Shown here piece after piece: positions 13,616 through 28,450 of a DNA stretch of 64,000 nucleotides. Position 1 is the first letter of the stretch; each line of letters starts with the position of its first letter. The notes under the pieces were generated by a model that did not search any database, was not told the DNA's origin, and was given only the letters and a program-made list of their open reading frames with translations. The DNA lies in NCBI RefSeq assembly GCF_009914755.1, contig NC_060926.1. The stretch is one strand, 5' to 3'. The position numbers and the translations under genes are program-made. The DNA is from the human T2T-CHM13v2.0 reference genome, Homo sapiens.

Positions 13616-15681
13616 ATGTTTTAATAGGCTAAGAATAGATGCCACTGAAAACAGATGTAGAGAAGGGCAGACTCATAAGAGACACTCTTCTCCACTTTCC
13701 CCTCATGCCTGTCTATCTAAATTAAAGGGAGACCAGCTCAGTAAGAGATGGTTTCTCTACAACCTAGGGTAAAATCTGTCATCTTCATTCAGTGCACAGG
13801 GGATGCTAATAGTAGAATAGAGAGCTAAGTCAAAAACTATACAGGAAAGGTTAGTTTTGGACTTGGGGGGAAGGTCCTAGGGGAAACAGACAAGAACAAG
13901 TAAAAGCGTGAATGTGATAGGAGGGGTGAACTAAATGATTTCCCTTACAAAATAGAAGTTACCAGGGTCTTAAACTTTTCGTTATGAGCTATATGAGGCA
14001 TGGTACACAGAAGGGTTTTGTTTCATTGTCCCATTTTAGAGAAAAGATACCTGTAACCAAATTTGATGCTCATAGTCATAACACTGTCTCCTTTCTTCTG
14101 AAAATAACCTTTAAGTATCCATCATCTTAGCCCATTATAAAATGAGTCATCCATTCCCATTAGCAACTAGTCACTCAATGTCACCCAAGGAAGCCACTTA
14201 AGACAAACTACAGAAAAGGATAGTATGGACTGAGCCACCACATTCATTTTTCCTTCTATTGGAATTTGCTCACCTAATTTCATTGTCTCCTCTAACACAG
14301 CAATCTATTTGGGTTCATTGACTGGTCTGGATTTACACAGGTTATTTGAAAGATAAAGGTCAGGTACACACAAGACTGCTAGAACCACATTTATTAACCA
14401 CAGTCTCCCTGCACCCCCAGCCCCCACAGCCTCACTGACTTTTAGCATCATCAGTGTCATCTGGAGCATGAGAGCAGTAAATTTAATGTGGCAGAACATG
14501 AAACAAGAGCCAAGAATCAAGCCACAGATTAGTGATAGATGATGCCAAGTTCAACCTTATTAGCCTTTGAAAAACCACACTGCTCTGCCAAGCCAGTATC
14601 TAAACCTTGTTACATACAGAGCGCCTAGATGGTCCAATTGCTGCCAGTTTTAATCAGAGGATGACAAAGAGGCAATTAGATATGGCTTGGAGATGAAGAT
14701 GAAGTCCTTCCTCAAGGGGATTTGCTGCTGGCTGAGATTCCAGCCTAAGAAGTTTTAAAAATTCTGTCTTGACTCTCTGCCTCAAGCCTTGCTAATTTTA
14801 TACCACCAGCCTTCAGACTTTGATTTTTTTTAAAGATTCATATGTATGTATTCACAAAGCAAGGCATCTTCAAGAAAGAAAATGTCAAAAGTAGCTCCAG
14901 TGCAAAGAAGGGAGCTGCTTGTAGTCCATTAGCTTCATCAAACTGTAACTTTGACTCCTGCCCTTTGGGATAGGATCCTCTTTAGAGGTGAACAACAGAT
15001 GTAACCAGGATGCAGGTTCTGTGCAATGTACACAGTGCTCAGCCATTACCGCCATGGTGACTGGGCTCAATTTGATGATCTTTCTCTCAACTAATATTGT
15101 GGGAAGTGGCAAACTATTCAAGGGTGCCAGGGGAGGATGTTGGGAGGACTGGCTCAATATTATAAAGTCCTGAAGGCTGGAGAAACCAGCAGGGTTGACT
15201 CAGTATGCCAAAAGGCAGCATAATTGAGGTAGATCATGATACTAATTCTCTAGAAGGCTAGAACATGCCTTGCAGCATGCCTCAGGGGGCAAGATAACAT
15301 TGTGTCTCAAGTCCTTGAGGTGAGGAGGTGCTGGAAATGCAATCTTTATACAGAATTCAAAATTAATTGCATCTAGCCCCTGGTTCTATTTTATTTCCTA
15401 TCCAAAAGATACTCTTAATACTAGCTTTAAAACAGTACTGGAAAAACAGAACATTTTGTCCTCGCCGCATATTGGATATTGTGGAACAACTAAAGTGAGA
15501 AAGATAAAGTCATTAGGTGATAGGAATAGAAGACACTTAAGTTCAAATCATACACAGATGTTCAAATCATACATCAGAACTGCATGTTCTGATGGTAAGA
15601 GCAGAAGCAGAGAAGCAAGAAGCCTAGAATATTCGAAGAACAAGGAGGCCCTGGTGGAGTGCTCTGAGTTAATGAATTAAG

Positions 15682-15819
15682 GTGGGCTTCGTGGAGCAGC
15701 AGCATCTGCATCACCTAAGAGCCTGCTTAAGGTGCAGAAACTTGGGCTCAACACTGCTTGCTAAATCAGACTACATTTTAACCTGTTTCGAAGGCCTATT
15801 AGGGTTTGGGAAGCACCAC
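15682..15819 (+). mobile_element. MER5A/MER5A1-like hAT-Charlie MITE
   Basis: GCAGCAGCATCTGCATCACCT...AATCAGACTACATTTTAAC...TTTGGGAAGCAC. Confidence 0.6.
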
Positions 15820-16445
15820 ATTCAAGATCTGCATCAGAAAGAGCTCAGCCAGTCTGACCTCATACTAGCCCCCATAAATACTTGAGCAAGGGAAGACAGC
15901 AGTCTTTGCCTTTAGGCCAAAAATCTATACTTTTAGAAAAGAAAATGGGCTGCCCTGCTGGACAAGGCTTACAGTTTGAGATAGAAGCAGAGTTTTGGTA
16001 AAGAGAAACCAAGAAAAACTGTCCTGCTCAGGAGGAATAACATTCAAGACTGGATGCCTTTCCCACAGAACCTGCTCTGTGCTGCCTGCTCCAGGTCTGC
16101 ACATCCCAAAAGGAATCCTCATTGCCATGTGGCTCAATCCCTTGTGAAGAACCACAGCCAGCTGTGGGGAAAACGCACCTACACAGCTCCAAAGATGACC
16201 AGGGCCAGCTGCCTTTACCAATTAACCGGGCTCGTCATCTGCAGTTATAAAAAGACAACCAAATATCATCACATGTGAGTAAAGTAAACATAGTAAAGAG
16301 AATTTATAATGAAGACACTTAGCAACTACTGTAGCATGGACTCCAAAAACTTGAAACTTGTGCTAGCCAAGAAACATGCAGAATGGCCACATTGGGGCCA
16401 AACAGCTGAGTGTCATTTACAGCCTTGGAATTGAACAGCCAAATT

Positions 16446-16630
16446 CAGTGCTGCTCAACATTCAGCCTGCATCACACTCACCCAGTGACAGAACACAAAT
16501 TGCTGGATCCAGCCCCAAAGATCCTAATTCCATCGGTAGGGGTAAAGCTGGGAAATCTGCATTTCTCCCAAAATCCGAGGTGAGGCTGGTGCTGCAGGCC
16601 CAAGGAACTCACATTGAGAAAGAACCACTG
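16446..16630 (-). mobile_element. MER5A hAT-Charlie MITE
   Basis: CAGTG...CTCAA and GAACCACTG termini; internal AATCTGCATTTCT and GCTGGTGCTGC. Confidence 0.7.
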
Positions 16631-17024
16631 GCCAAGGGATAAAGCTGAGAATTGGCCCAGGAGCCAAACTAGGAATTATTCAGGGGATAGACGGACATTT
16701 AAAAAATGGATCAGAGATGGAGAGAAAAGAAAGCCTATTTCAACTTTAAAATAAGTGGTAGTTATAAAAATCAATAAGTAAACAACAAACAAATACAAGT
16801 ATAACATATTTTTGCCAAGTAAGTGGTTAGAAAAATAAACTAAATATCTGAACAACAAATTAGACACAAAGAAAACTAAATTGGTGATCTGGGGGATAAA
16901 ACTTAGGCACTTTCTCATAATATACAACAAGGATGCAAAACTTAGAATATGTAAGCTAAAAAGGTGAAAGACATACAGACCATTCCATGGGGTCAAATGT
17001 TATCTGACATAAAAATAGAGAAGG

Positions 17025-17414
<390 letters not shown>

Positions 17415-17527
17415 TTATGCACTAAGAAGAAAGCATTTTTTAAAAGAAACGTGTGTAAATATATCCATGTTTTAAATAACTGAAACTTTGTATGTAGCCC
17501 TTGACTAACTTCTCCCGACTTCCCACT

Positions 17528-17770
17528 CAACAATGTGACTATAGTTAACCATACTGTATTGTTTACTTGAAATCTGCTAAGAAGGGTGATCTTAAGTGTT
17601 CTCACCAAAAGAAAAAGAAGAAGAAAATGGTAACTATCTGAGGTGATTGAAAAGTTTGTTAATTAGCATGTTTGTGGCATTTCACAATGTATATATATAT
17701 CAAATCATAAAATACACCTTAAATATATACAATTTTAATTATCAAATATACTTTCACTTAAAAACTTTAA
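17528..17770 (+). mobile_element. L1MB-type 3' end
   Basis: GTGACTATAGTTAAC...TACTTGAAATCTGCTAAG...GATCTTAAGTGTTCTCACC...TACACCTTAAATATATACAATTTT. Confidence 0.8.
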
Positions 17771-18799
17771 AATATATAATTAAAAGATTCTTGTTTATTC
17801 TTGAATAGAAGGATAAGGTTAACTTTTTAAAAGGTTATCAAGGAAAAAAATAGTGAATCCGAAAAATAAACAAAATCACATTAGTGAAGAACTTCTCTTT
17901 AGCACCATTGACAATGAGAAGACAGTGGGAAGATAGTGTCAAAATTTAGAGAGAAAGTCACTTTAACCACAGAATTCTTTACCCAGGCAAATGAGCATCC
18001 AAGTATGAGCACAAAATTAAAGTCAATTCCAGACACACAGGACCCCAGAAAATTAACCAGCTACACATCCCCACTAAAGGATTATTTAAGGATATGCTGC
18101 AAGTAAAACAAAAACAAACAACAACAACAACAAACTGAATCCAAGGAAACAAGTGAAATGTGAAATACAAGAAATTCGCACACAGGCCCAATATGTCCCA
18201 AGGAAGGGAATCAGGAACGGAGTGACCCTCAAGGGGTGTAGCAGCTGTGAATAATTAGACATTTTCTGGAACCACAATTGGCGAACTGCAGCCCTAACAG
18301 TTTCAACATGGCAGTCAGCAGAGGGCAGTGGCTAGATGAGTGGAGAGGGGGTGGAGGAGGATGCCATTCACTTCTTTTCCACTCTTCCTCTTTGTGCCTT
18401 CTTTCTTTCATCCTGCTTACCTTTTCCCCTTATTCTCCTTGTCCCATCTTTATTTTCAAACTGGATGCTTTTGTGTATTACAGTACAGAAAACCCAAGTA
18501 AACTTAAATAGCAAGAAACGCATCATGTCTCAGATCAAGCGGAAGGGTGGCTACGAGGAAACATACTCCAGAAGCTCCACAACCTGCTGAGTTCAGCAGC
18601 CTACCTATTTCTAGTCTGCTTCTCCCAGGAAGCCTGTCCTCTGGCTAGCTCCTGATAGTCGCAAGACTGTCCCACAAATCTAGGCAATGCCCTAAAGCAA
18701 ATAATGTTTTATCACATTTTTAACAAAGAAACACCACCTCCCCAGCAGATTTCCTCTCATGTCTTACCCTAGAAGAGTTTCGCATGCCTATAGTTAAAC

Positions 18800-19021
18800 T
18801 AGAGTCTTAATCTCTGCACTATCGGCATTTTGGGGTGGATAATTATGTGTTCTGGGGAACTGTTCTGTGCGTTGTAGGATGTTTTGCAACATCCTTGGCC
18901 TCTATCCACTATATTCCAGGTGTGAGAATCAAAAGTCTCCAGATATTTCTAAATGTCCCCAGCGAGTGCAGGTGGCAGAGAGGAGGTGCAAAATCATTGC
19001 TCCAGTTGAGAAGAATCAGTG
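18800..19021 (-). mobile_element. MER20 hAT-Charlie element
   Basis: GCACTATCGGCATTTTGGGGTGGATAATT...TTGTAGGATGTT...GTCTCCAGA...AAATGTCCCC...CCAGTTGAGAA. Confidence 0.85.
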
Positions 19022-19068
19022 ACTTCATTCAATCACTTGTGAGAATAACGGGACATCATCAGTTTAGA

Positions 19069-19200
19069 CTGGCAGTTCTCAATCTTTAGCATGTATCAGA
19101 ATCACCTAGAGGACTCGTTCAAGCATGGATTGCAGGGCCATGCTCCAGAGTTTCTGTCTCCCAGGTAATGCTAATGGAATCGTAGTTTGAGAAACACTTG
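19069..19200 (-). mobile_element. MER5A fragment with internal deletion
   Basis: GTTCTCAATCTTTAGCATGTATCAGAATCACCTAGAGG...TTTGAGAAACAC. Confidence 0.7.
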
Positions 19201-20349
19201 TGTAGTCCATCCAGGCTACACCAATCAGTGTTCATTCCTTGGGCGGAGACAGGGCTCCCCTTCCTGGAAGCTCGTGGATTCGAGGTGGAGGATAGCTCTC
19301 TGTATATAATCTGTGTCCCATTCGAAAATCCAAAGGGGAATGAATGTTATTAGGCAAGCATCACACAGGTTGTGCTGCTGTTCACATATGTAGACCAGGT
19401 GTGGCCAATAGACCTAACAGTCAGTAATGGACTGCAGCACAAAAAGAAGAAATCAGATGTCAGAGCAATGATTTCTGTTGTGGGAGGTTGTAGCACTACC
19501 AGGAAACCCTACTGCAGAGATTCGTGAAGGTGGAATTGGAACACAGGGTTTGGGGCTAACGACTCTCTTTCTCCTCCTGTCTGCCTCTGGCCCTGCACTC
19601 CAATCCTGCACATCAACGTATTTAAGTCTTTGGCTTTCTCCACCATGTATCCAGCCATAAGTAAGAAAGGAGTTGTGGACAGAGAGACTCTGCTAAGGAT
19701 GGCTGCAAGTCCATCATTCCACACAACTTTTGAATGAGGAAGTAGAGGAGAGGAGAGTGAAGAAGGAGGAACTAGAAAACCTCTGCCTTCCAGGACACAG
19801 TTAGCCTTGCCATGTGGGTGAAATATTGTCCAACACAAGCTCTGAAACTTTGACCACCACTCCTACACCTCCTTCTGAGTGTTGGGGGTGGAAGAGATGA
19901 ATTACAATGATGGTTAGAAAGGAAGCATGCAGAATCAATTTAGCACAGAGAGGAGAAAAGTCTTCCTGTCCCTTAGAGATAGGCTTTTTTCCTTGTAACG
20001 GAATGGCCCTGCCTCCAGAATCACCTCTCTGTATCACGGAGCCAGACCGCACTTTCCTTTATGACCCAATTTAAGTTCTTCCTGCTTTATATTCAGTCCC
20101 CTCTACTTCATTTAAATTTTATCTTACTCTTTCCTAACTCCCTAGTCATATATTTGATTCTGTGCTGCCTTTTTTACTGTTTTATAATTTCTTTAAGGTG
20201 GGAAGTCTAATCTCTCCAACAAAACTGTATGTTCTTCCAAAAGTACCAGGGGGGTATTTTTCCATTGGTTTCCTTCATTTCAGACCGATGTAGTATCTTC
20301 GAGTAGCCACATTCATTCCTAAAGTGCAAGATGGCATCACATAAAACTC

Positions 20350-20560
20350 ACGGTGGTCAGAGACAAAGCTACGGAGCAGCATTCCCTGAAACCTTACCTT
20401 ACCATGCCTTCACATACCAGTGCGACATGGGCTATTTAGTAAACCCTTCTGTTAGAAAGGGGATAATGATTGTTTTCAGAGTTAGACATTATATATATAT
20501 ATATATAAGGCCTGAAACTAAACCTTGCCAAAAGTAGGACTTAATAAATGGTAACATTTC
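20350..20560 (+). mobile_element. MIR, degraded
   Basis: GGGGATAATGAT...TAGGACTTAATAAATGGTA resembles the MIR core and 3' end. Confidence 0.5.
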
Positions 20561-20753
20561 TCATAATCATTAAAAGGTTAACATATAGATGTACCCTTTG
20601 GTTAAACACTGACTCTTCATCTACTCCAACCAACCTATGCTTCACATCTTATCCTAACTCTCTTCATTCTTCCAGATATCCACCTCAAAGCTAATTATTT
20701 CCATTATAAACCTGCTCTATTCTTCATACATATCTCTGTCTTTTTACTGGTTC

Positions 20754-21049
<296 letters not shown>

Positions 21050-21079
21050 TTTATTGGCTGTTTCTAATCTTGACTTCCT

Positions 21080-21191
21080 CTTTATTCTGAACTAAGTTCT
21101 GGGATACAAGTGCAGAACTTGCAGATGTGTTACATAGGTAGACATGTGCCATGGTGGTTTTCTGCACCTATCAAGCCATCATCTAGGTTTT
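21080..21191 (-). mobile_element. L1PA extreme 3' fragment
   Basis: AAGTTCTGGGATACAAGTGCAGAAC...CATGTGCCATGGTGG...ATCTAGGTTTT. Confidence 0.8.
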
Positions 21192-22448
21192 GAAAATGAA
21201 TCTTTATGCCAACCTTCTGACCTTCTCTGACAGCATGCCTCCCAGTGGGGTTCAGCCCACTCCCTTACCTAGGAGGACCCTCCTACCTCAATGTCCCTGA
21301 TACATTCACATTGAAATCAATTCACATTAAAAATGGAACCTCAAGACCCTAAGCATCCTTAAGTTACTTCTGACATCACAGTACAATTGTTCTTCCAACT
21401 CTAAACTTAGCCAGAAAAACTGAAGTACAGCCATGTAGGTAGAAATCTGTAAGCTGAGGCATTGAGTGTGTGTCTGGAAGGTCAGCTCTCACTCAAACAC
21501 ATGCCTCTGCAACTTCTCCATCTACCATTATTCTCCTATTCTCTACTGGAAACCCCTGCCAGCATGTCTTTGGTCTCAGCAAGTAGGCTCCTATTTTTGT
21601 CTCTGGCTAATATCTGTCATTATGCTTGGGCTTCTGTTGGTAAGTTCTTAATTTAGGTCTTGCACTGCACCTGGAGGATCAATCCGTGTGGTTTCACAGG
21701 AACTGAGAAGTCTTTAGAATAGAATAGAACATGAAGTTGGCAAGCTGTTCTGTGACCAGGAATAAAGAAATCCTGACAAGTTTACTCTGTATAACATTTC
21801 TAACTTTCCCACATTTCTCAGTCTTCCAACTTATCCAGGAGATATGTCTCTATCTGAAATATTCAGAACAAAGAGACCTAGAATGTAGCTCAAGCATAAA
21901 TCTCTGAAGATTAGATAGGATCCCAGAGCTTCCATATACTTTAGCTCATGGGTTTTGTATATAAGGGAGTTATTTGTTTATAGTACAACCTTCACTCAAA
22001 AAAATTCATTCACTTTTCTTAGATACTCTTCTTTTAAACTTCAGAACCTGACATCCCAACCCATATGCAACTAGAAAAAGAAAGTTAGAAGATATAGTAA
22101 TCTTTTCAGAAGTTTGCCTTCTAATAACAAGGAAAGACAGCTGACAGGAAAGTAAGAAGACAGATTAAGTAAGAAAATAAGATATAAGAATACAAAATTC
22201 AAAGGAATGACAGTAATTATATTCAGAAGCTTTCCTAGCCTTGCCAATGTTCCCTTCAACCCTCATTATGTCCTTTTTGACGGTTACAACTACCTCCTAC
22301 TGGTTCTGCCTGCGTCTTCCTTCACTCTAGTTGATTCTCTTTGAGTTATTCGAGTTATCTACTTGCAAAAGAAATTATAAGCTACACTTATTTTAGTGCC
22401 TCTGTTGTACTACTTTTGCCATCAGGACACTGTTTTAAAATATAACCT

Positions 22449-22808
<360 letters not shown>

Positions 22809-25800
22809 CTATGGAGAGGCTAACAGGTATCAAAGAAATGACTTTCATTGAAAAGATAGTTTGTTACCCACAGATCCCAAGAGAAGGGAGTGTGCCATGC
22901 CATGCCCGGCCACACAGAAAAGCCCCAGGGAAGGCCAAGAGGCAGTAGGAACAGGGGAAAAATAAAGGCAGGAGTCTTTATTGTGGTTTTCACAGGAAGG
23001 AATGGGTAAGGCAGGGTCAAACAAGTTTAGGATTAAATAATTTGAATAATTTGGGCAGGCTCTGGCCTATAAGGGTGGTTCCTGGTTGTCCAGTGCTTGG
23101 CTCTGGGGTAATTTGAGACAACGGTGTAGTGTCCTAAACTATAGGATCCTGATAAAAGGAGGGAGGTGGGGGTACAGAGTCAAAGGCATTCTCATAGACA
23201 AGTAGCTAACTATCTCCAGGAATTCACTAGTCTTGGAAGGGGTAGTCTCTCCTGGTTCAGGCTCAAAGTGTCAAAGCATCATAAAAATAAAAGCAAAAAA
23301 CATAATTAACAGAGACAGAATTCAGACTTTTTGGTTGGGATCTGAGGCCATTCACACTTGGCCTTTGACCATCTCTCCCAGCCTCATTCCCAGTCACTTC
23401 CAGGACACCCAGGTTCCAGCCACAGCCCCCTCCGCCACCTTCCACAGGCCACCCATGCCCTTTCCACTCCTGTGCTTTTCTTCATAGTGTTCCACACATC
23501 GGGAATGTTTTTCCTCACATTCTTCACCTAGCAAACTCATCTGGAGCCTTCACAAATCTGCTCAGATTCCCTGAGTCCCTATGGCACATGTACACCCTCC
23601 TTCCTGTCATCTCTCATTTGACTTGGCTTATAGCTCAGTTAGAGTCACTGCTTAATAAGTTGTGTGTCAGTTATCTGTTAACATGTGTGTCTCCACCATC
23701 AATACAGGAGCCCTATAGAGACTGTCCTATCTTGACTCCCCAGTGACTAGCACCATGTATTAGACATCATAGGCACACGCCTAATAGTGGTTGAATGCAT
23801 GGCAGACTTCAATTCTTTCACAGGGAAGCAAGAAGCCATACAGACTTAAATAGCTTCCAACGGTATTAGGTTATGGTAAAGCTGCTTGGCTTCACAGTAG
23901 GATTTTAGAAATTCAGATAAAATCTGATAATAATAGGATTTATTAGTAAAGCCAGAAATCATCCTTACTCTTGGGAGTCTGATTGGATTTGACTTTGGAA
24001 AGCTGATTTTTTTGGAATGAAGCCCTAATTCATCCCCATCTCATAATTCAACTAAAATGTTCATGCCTGGTTAAAAGGGAAGAAGAGGAGAAGGTTACTT
24101 TATGTACAGGTTGAATCTGTTGGAACTAATTGTAACTAATGCTCTGCTTTATTTAAATTGTGAGGTGAGAGAAGTTTACCTTGTTGGTAGATGAAGAACT
24201 CTAGGGATCACCATGCAGAGGAGAGAGAGAGATTTGGGAGGGCAAGAGGTCTTTTCCATCGCCACTGAAATCATACCATGTAGAGAAAGTCTAACTTTGT
24301 CTTGAATTGTTGAACATAAAGCAACCAAATGTTAGTTTAATCCTTCTTAGCTCCTCCCAAGACCTGTTAATAGAGAATGATGATGTATGATATTGCCAGG
24401 ATGACACTATACAATTCTTGTGTTTTCTCAAATGGGGGAATCTGCACCCCAGTTTATATGAGATTCTCTCCTGAAGCAGTTTGCAAGCAAGTTCCTGTTC
24501 ACCTAGAGCAGATGCTGACCCTCTAGGACCAGAGTGCTCACTTCTGTGAAAGTGTCAGAGAACTTTACACACATACACACATATGTATGCAGGTATGTAC
24601 CATATATGTTTTATGTAGTTATGTGTGTGGAGAGAGAGAGGGAAGGAAAGAGAGACTGACAGAGAGACAGAGTGAGGTTGTAAGCATACCTCTAAATCTA
24701 TTTCCAAATCTCTTCAAAATAATTTAAAATTTTTAAGCAAATCTACTCTTCTATATTAGCCTGAGAATTCATGTGACTTGAGATGTTTGAAATAAGGTAT
24801 AAAAGAAATTTTAAAACGTACAGTGATTTTGTCTACATAGTTTGCCTTTCTTGACAAGAATCTCATAAGCCAAAGTGCGGTTTGCCCTGTGGTCATGGAG
24901 AACGCACTGTCAGTGAGGACTCTGCTGAAAAAAGAAGACCCAGCTTGACCTCACGAAGCTCACTCTGGGAACTGTGGCATTTGACACCTCACCTCCAGCT
25001 TCCTCCAATGCCACACTCTCCCCAAATAGTGAGAGTCCATCCAACTTGGTATGACACCATGCTTAAGTCAGGAGCAAACGGCCAATTGTTTTCATAATTG
25101 CATTCCCCCTGAAGTATCTCTAAACACAGGTGATTTGTGAGAGCGAAAGGAGATAATTAAATGCTGGAATATATTTGATTTATTGAGCATGGGATTATTT
25201 CTGACATTTATTGGTGACTCAAAGAAAGTCCAGAGCTAGAAAATATGTGCTCATTGCTTTGTATGATGTATATATAAGACAGGAGGACATGGCCCGAGGC
25301 AAAAGTGACACACTGGAAGTTTTCCTTCAGCTCCCCTTCCCCTGGGGGTCGTGTCAGCTCTGCCCACTTAAGCATGAGCTCTCCACATGAGCCAGCACCT
25401 CGTCTGCCTTCTCCTCACAGACTTCTCTCAACCCAATCAGAAAACAATGTTTTTACTTTCACCTGAAAAGAATTCTAAATTTACAGGGGAAAAAATCATA
25501 AAAATGAAAAAAGTATAAAGAATATCTATATATAATTTACTCAGATTCACCTATTGTGAGCCTTTTGCCACATTTATCATTTGCTCTATCTATGTATCTA
25601 TTATCTTTTTAATTTGAGGGTACATCACACACATCAGCCCCTTTCCTCTAAATACTTCAGTGTGCATTTCCCAATAATAGAAATACGCCCTTAAACAACG
25701 CAGTACAATGATCAACTTCAGTAAATTCCACACTGATGCAGTACTTTCATCCAGCCTACTGTTTTGATCTAATTTTGTCAGTTGACCCAATAATGTCCTG

Positions 25801-26010
25801 TATAGGATTGTTCGCCTCTGATGCAGAATCTGGTCTTGGGTCAAGTGCAGCCTTAGTTGTCACATCTCTTTGCCCTCCATTAATCTATGGCATTTCTATA
25901 ACTTTTCTTTGATTTTTATGACATTGTCATTTTCGAAGAGTATAATCTCCCCTCTTGGTTTAAATACAGTGTTTCCCATTTTGTCTTTGTCTAATGTTTC
26001 TTCATGATTG

Positions 26011-26963
26011 CAGGAATACCTGGGAGATATTGTGAGCTTGGTTTCAGACCATGGCAATAAAGCAAATATTGTAATGGAGCAAGGCACACAATTTTTGTGG
26101 TTTCCCAATGCATAAAAAAGCTGCTTACACTACACTATAGTCTATTAAGTATGCAATCACATTATGTCTAAAAAACAGCGTATGTGCCATACTTTAAAAA
26201 TAGTTTATTGCTAAAAAATGCTAATGATCATCTGAGCCTTCAGCGAGTCATAATCTTCTTGCAGGTGGAGGGTCTTGCCTCAATGTTAATGGCTGCTGAC
26301 TGATCAGGGTGGTGGTTACTGAAGGTTGGGGTAGCTGTGACCATTTTAAAATATAAGACAACAATGAAGTTTGCTGCATCCATTTCACAAAAGATTCCTC
26401 TGTAGCATGCGATGCCCTTTTATAGCATTTTACCCACAGTAGAACTTCTTTCAAAATTGAAGTCAATTCTCTTAAGCCCTGCCACTACTTTATCAACTAA
26501 GTTTATGTAATATTCTAAATCTCTTGTTGTCATTTCAACAATGTTCACAGTGTCTTCACCAGGGGTAGATTTCATCTCAAGAAACCACTTTCTTTGCTCA
26601 TCTATAAGAAGCAACTCCTCATCCATTCAAATTTGATCATGAGATTGCGACAATTCAGTCACATCTTTAGGCTCCACTTATAATTCTAGTTTTCTTGCTA
26701 TTTCCACTACATTTGCAATTACAATAGTACCATCAGAAATCACTGATCACAGATCACCATAAAAGGTATAATAATAATGAAAAAGTTTGAAATATTGCAA
26801 GAATTTCCAAAGTGAGACAGAGACACCAAGTGAGCATAAACTGTTCAAAAAATTACACCAATAGACTTGCTCAACACACAATTGCCACAAACCTTCAATT
26901 TGTAAAATATGCAGTATTTGCAGGGTACAATAAAGTGAAGCACAATAAAATGAGATATGCCTG
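26011..26963 (-). mobile_element. Tigger1 (TcMar-Tigger) internally deleted DNA transposon
   Basis: TIRs CAGGAATACCT...GATATTG and CAATAAAATGAGATATGCCTG followed by TA. ORFs at 26248-26626 encode a Tigger1/TIGD1-like transposase C-terminus ([17 protein letters not shown]...[11 protein letters not shown]). Confidence 0.92.
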
Positions 26964-27335
26964 TATATTAAGGTCTTGCATCCTTAAAATATTGAAAAGT
27001 TGATGTCATGTTCCTTGTATGGTATCATACCTGTGGGTCCAACTGTCTCTCAGAGGTAATGTTAATTTTGATCACTCAAAGAATGTCCCAATTTCTCCAC
27101 TGTATATTGTTTTTATCCTTGCAACATCTAATAAGTACTTTATATGGAGACATCTTATGGAAATATCCTGCCCATCATCAAAACTTCCCTACCTTTGGCA
27201 CCCATCCATGATTCTTGCCTGATGCAGTCTTCATCATGCTATCACAAAATGATTTTTTTTCAACTCCATCATTACCTACACATGTAACAACTATCTTCCA
27301 TGGTCTATTATAATTCCTCCCTACAATTTTGGGGG

Positions 27336-27607
27336 TTTTTTTTGAGACAGGGTCTCACTGTGTCACCCAAGCTGGAGTGCAGTAGCACGATCTTGGCTCA
27401 CTACAGCCTCCACCTACCAGGTTCAGCCTCTCAAGCAGCTGGGACTACAGGTACATGCCACCACACCCGGCTAATTTTTGTATTTTTAGTAGACATGGGG
27501 TTTCACCATGTTGGCCAGGCTGGTCTTGAACTCCTGGCCTCAGGTAATCTGCCTGCCACGGCCTCCTAAAGTGCTGAGATTACAGGTATGAGCCACCGTG
27601 CCCAGCC
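27336..27607 (-). mobile_element. Alu (AluJ/early S) with small internal deletion
   Basis: GAGACAGGGTCTCACTG...GAGCCACCGTGCCCAGCC. Confidence 0.92.
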
Positions 27608-28160
27608 TATCCTCTCCATAATTTATTATCTATCTATCTAACTACCTATCATTTATCTATCTATGCTAACTAGTAAATTCCTCTTTTAAATGGTTTGTAA
27701 TTCATTATGGCACTCAATTATTTGATACTAAAATTGTCCCATATTTGGCCTGTGAGACACTCTTCAAATTGTATCATATTTCCCTGTAACATGTCTCCAT
27801 CATTATTATTTTTTTAAACACTTCTTACTCTCTGGCATACAAAATGTTCCAAGCTCATTTTGCACCTACCTTGCCAAGACATTTCTCTGTTGGGCCCGGC
27901 TTCATTTTAAAGGGAATAGGATTAGAGACCAAGATCTGATAATTAGATGTGCTAATTGTTGCTAGCATGGCTTTGTTTTTGGCTCTTTGAGCAGACAGAA
28001 ATAGGAAACAGCCACATATTTTTACACATATGCATGCAGACATATACAAATATGCATTCATGCATGCATACACATGTGTGTATTTGTATGTGCACCTAAA
28101 CATACACATTTTAGAAATCCTGAGTCCATACCAATGCCTTCCATTTTGATCCACATTCTT

Positions 28161-28450
<290 letters not shown>

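Noticed and set aside
26248-26626. TIGD1-like coding sequence
   Set aside because: A frameshifted C-terminal remnant within an internally deleted Tigger1, not a domesticated gene.
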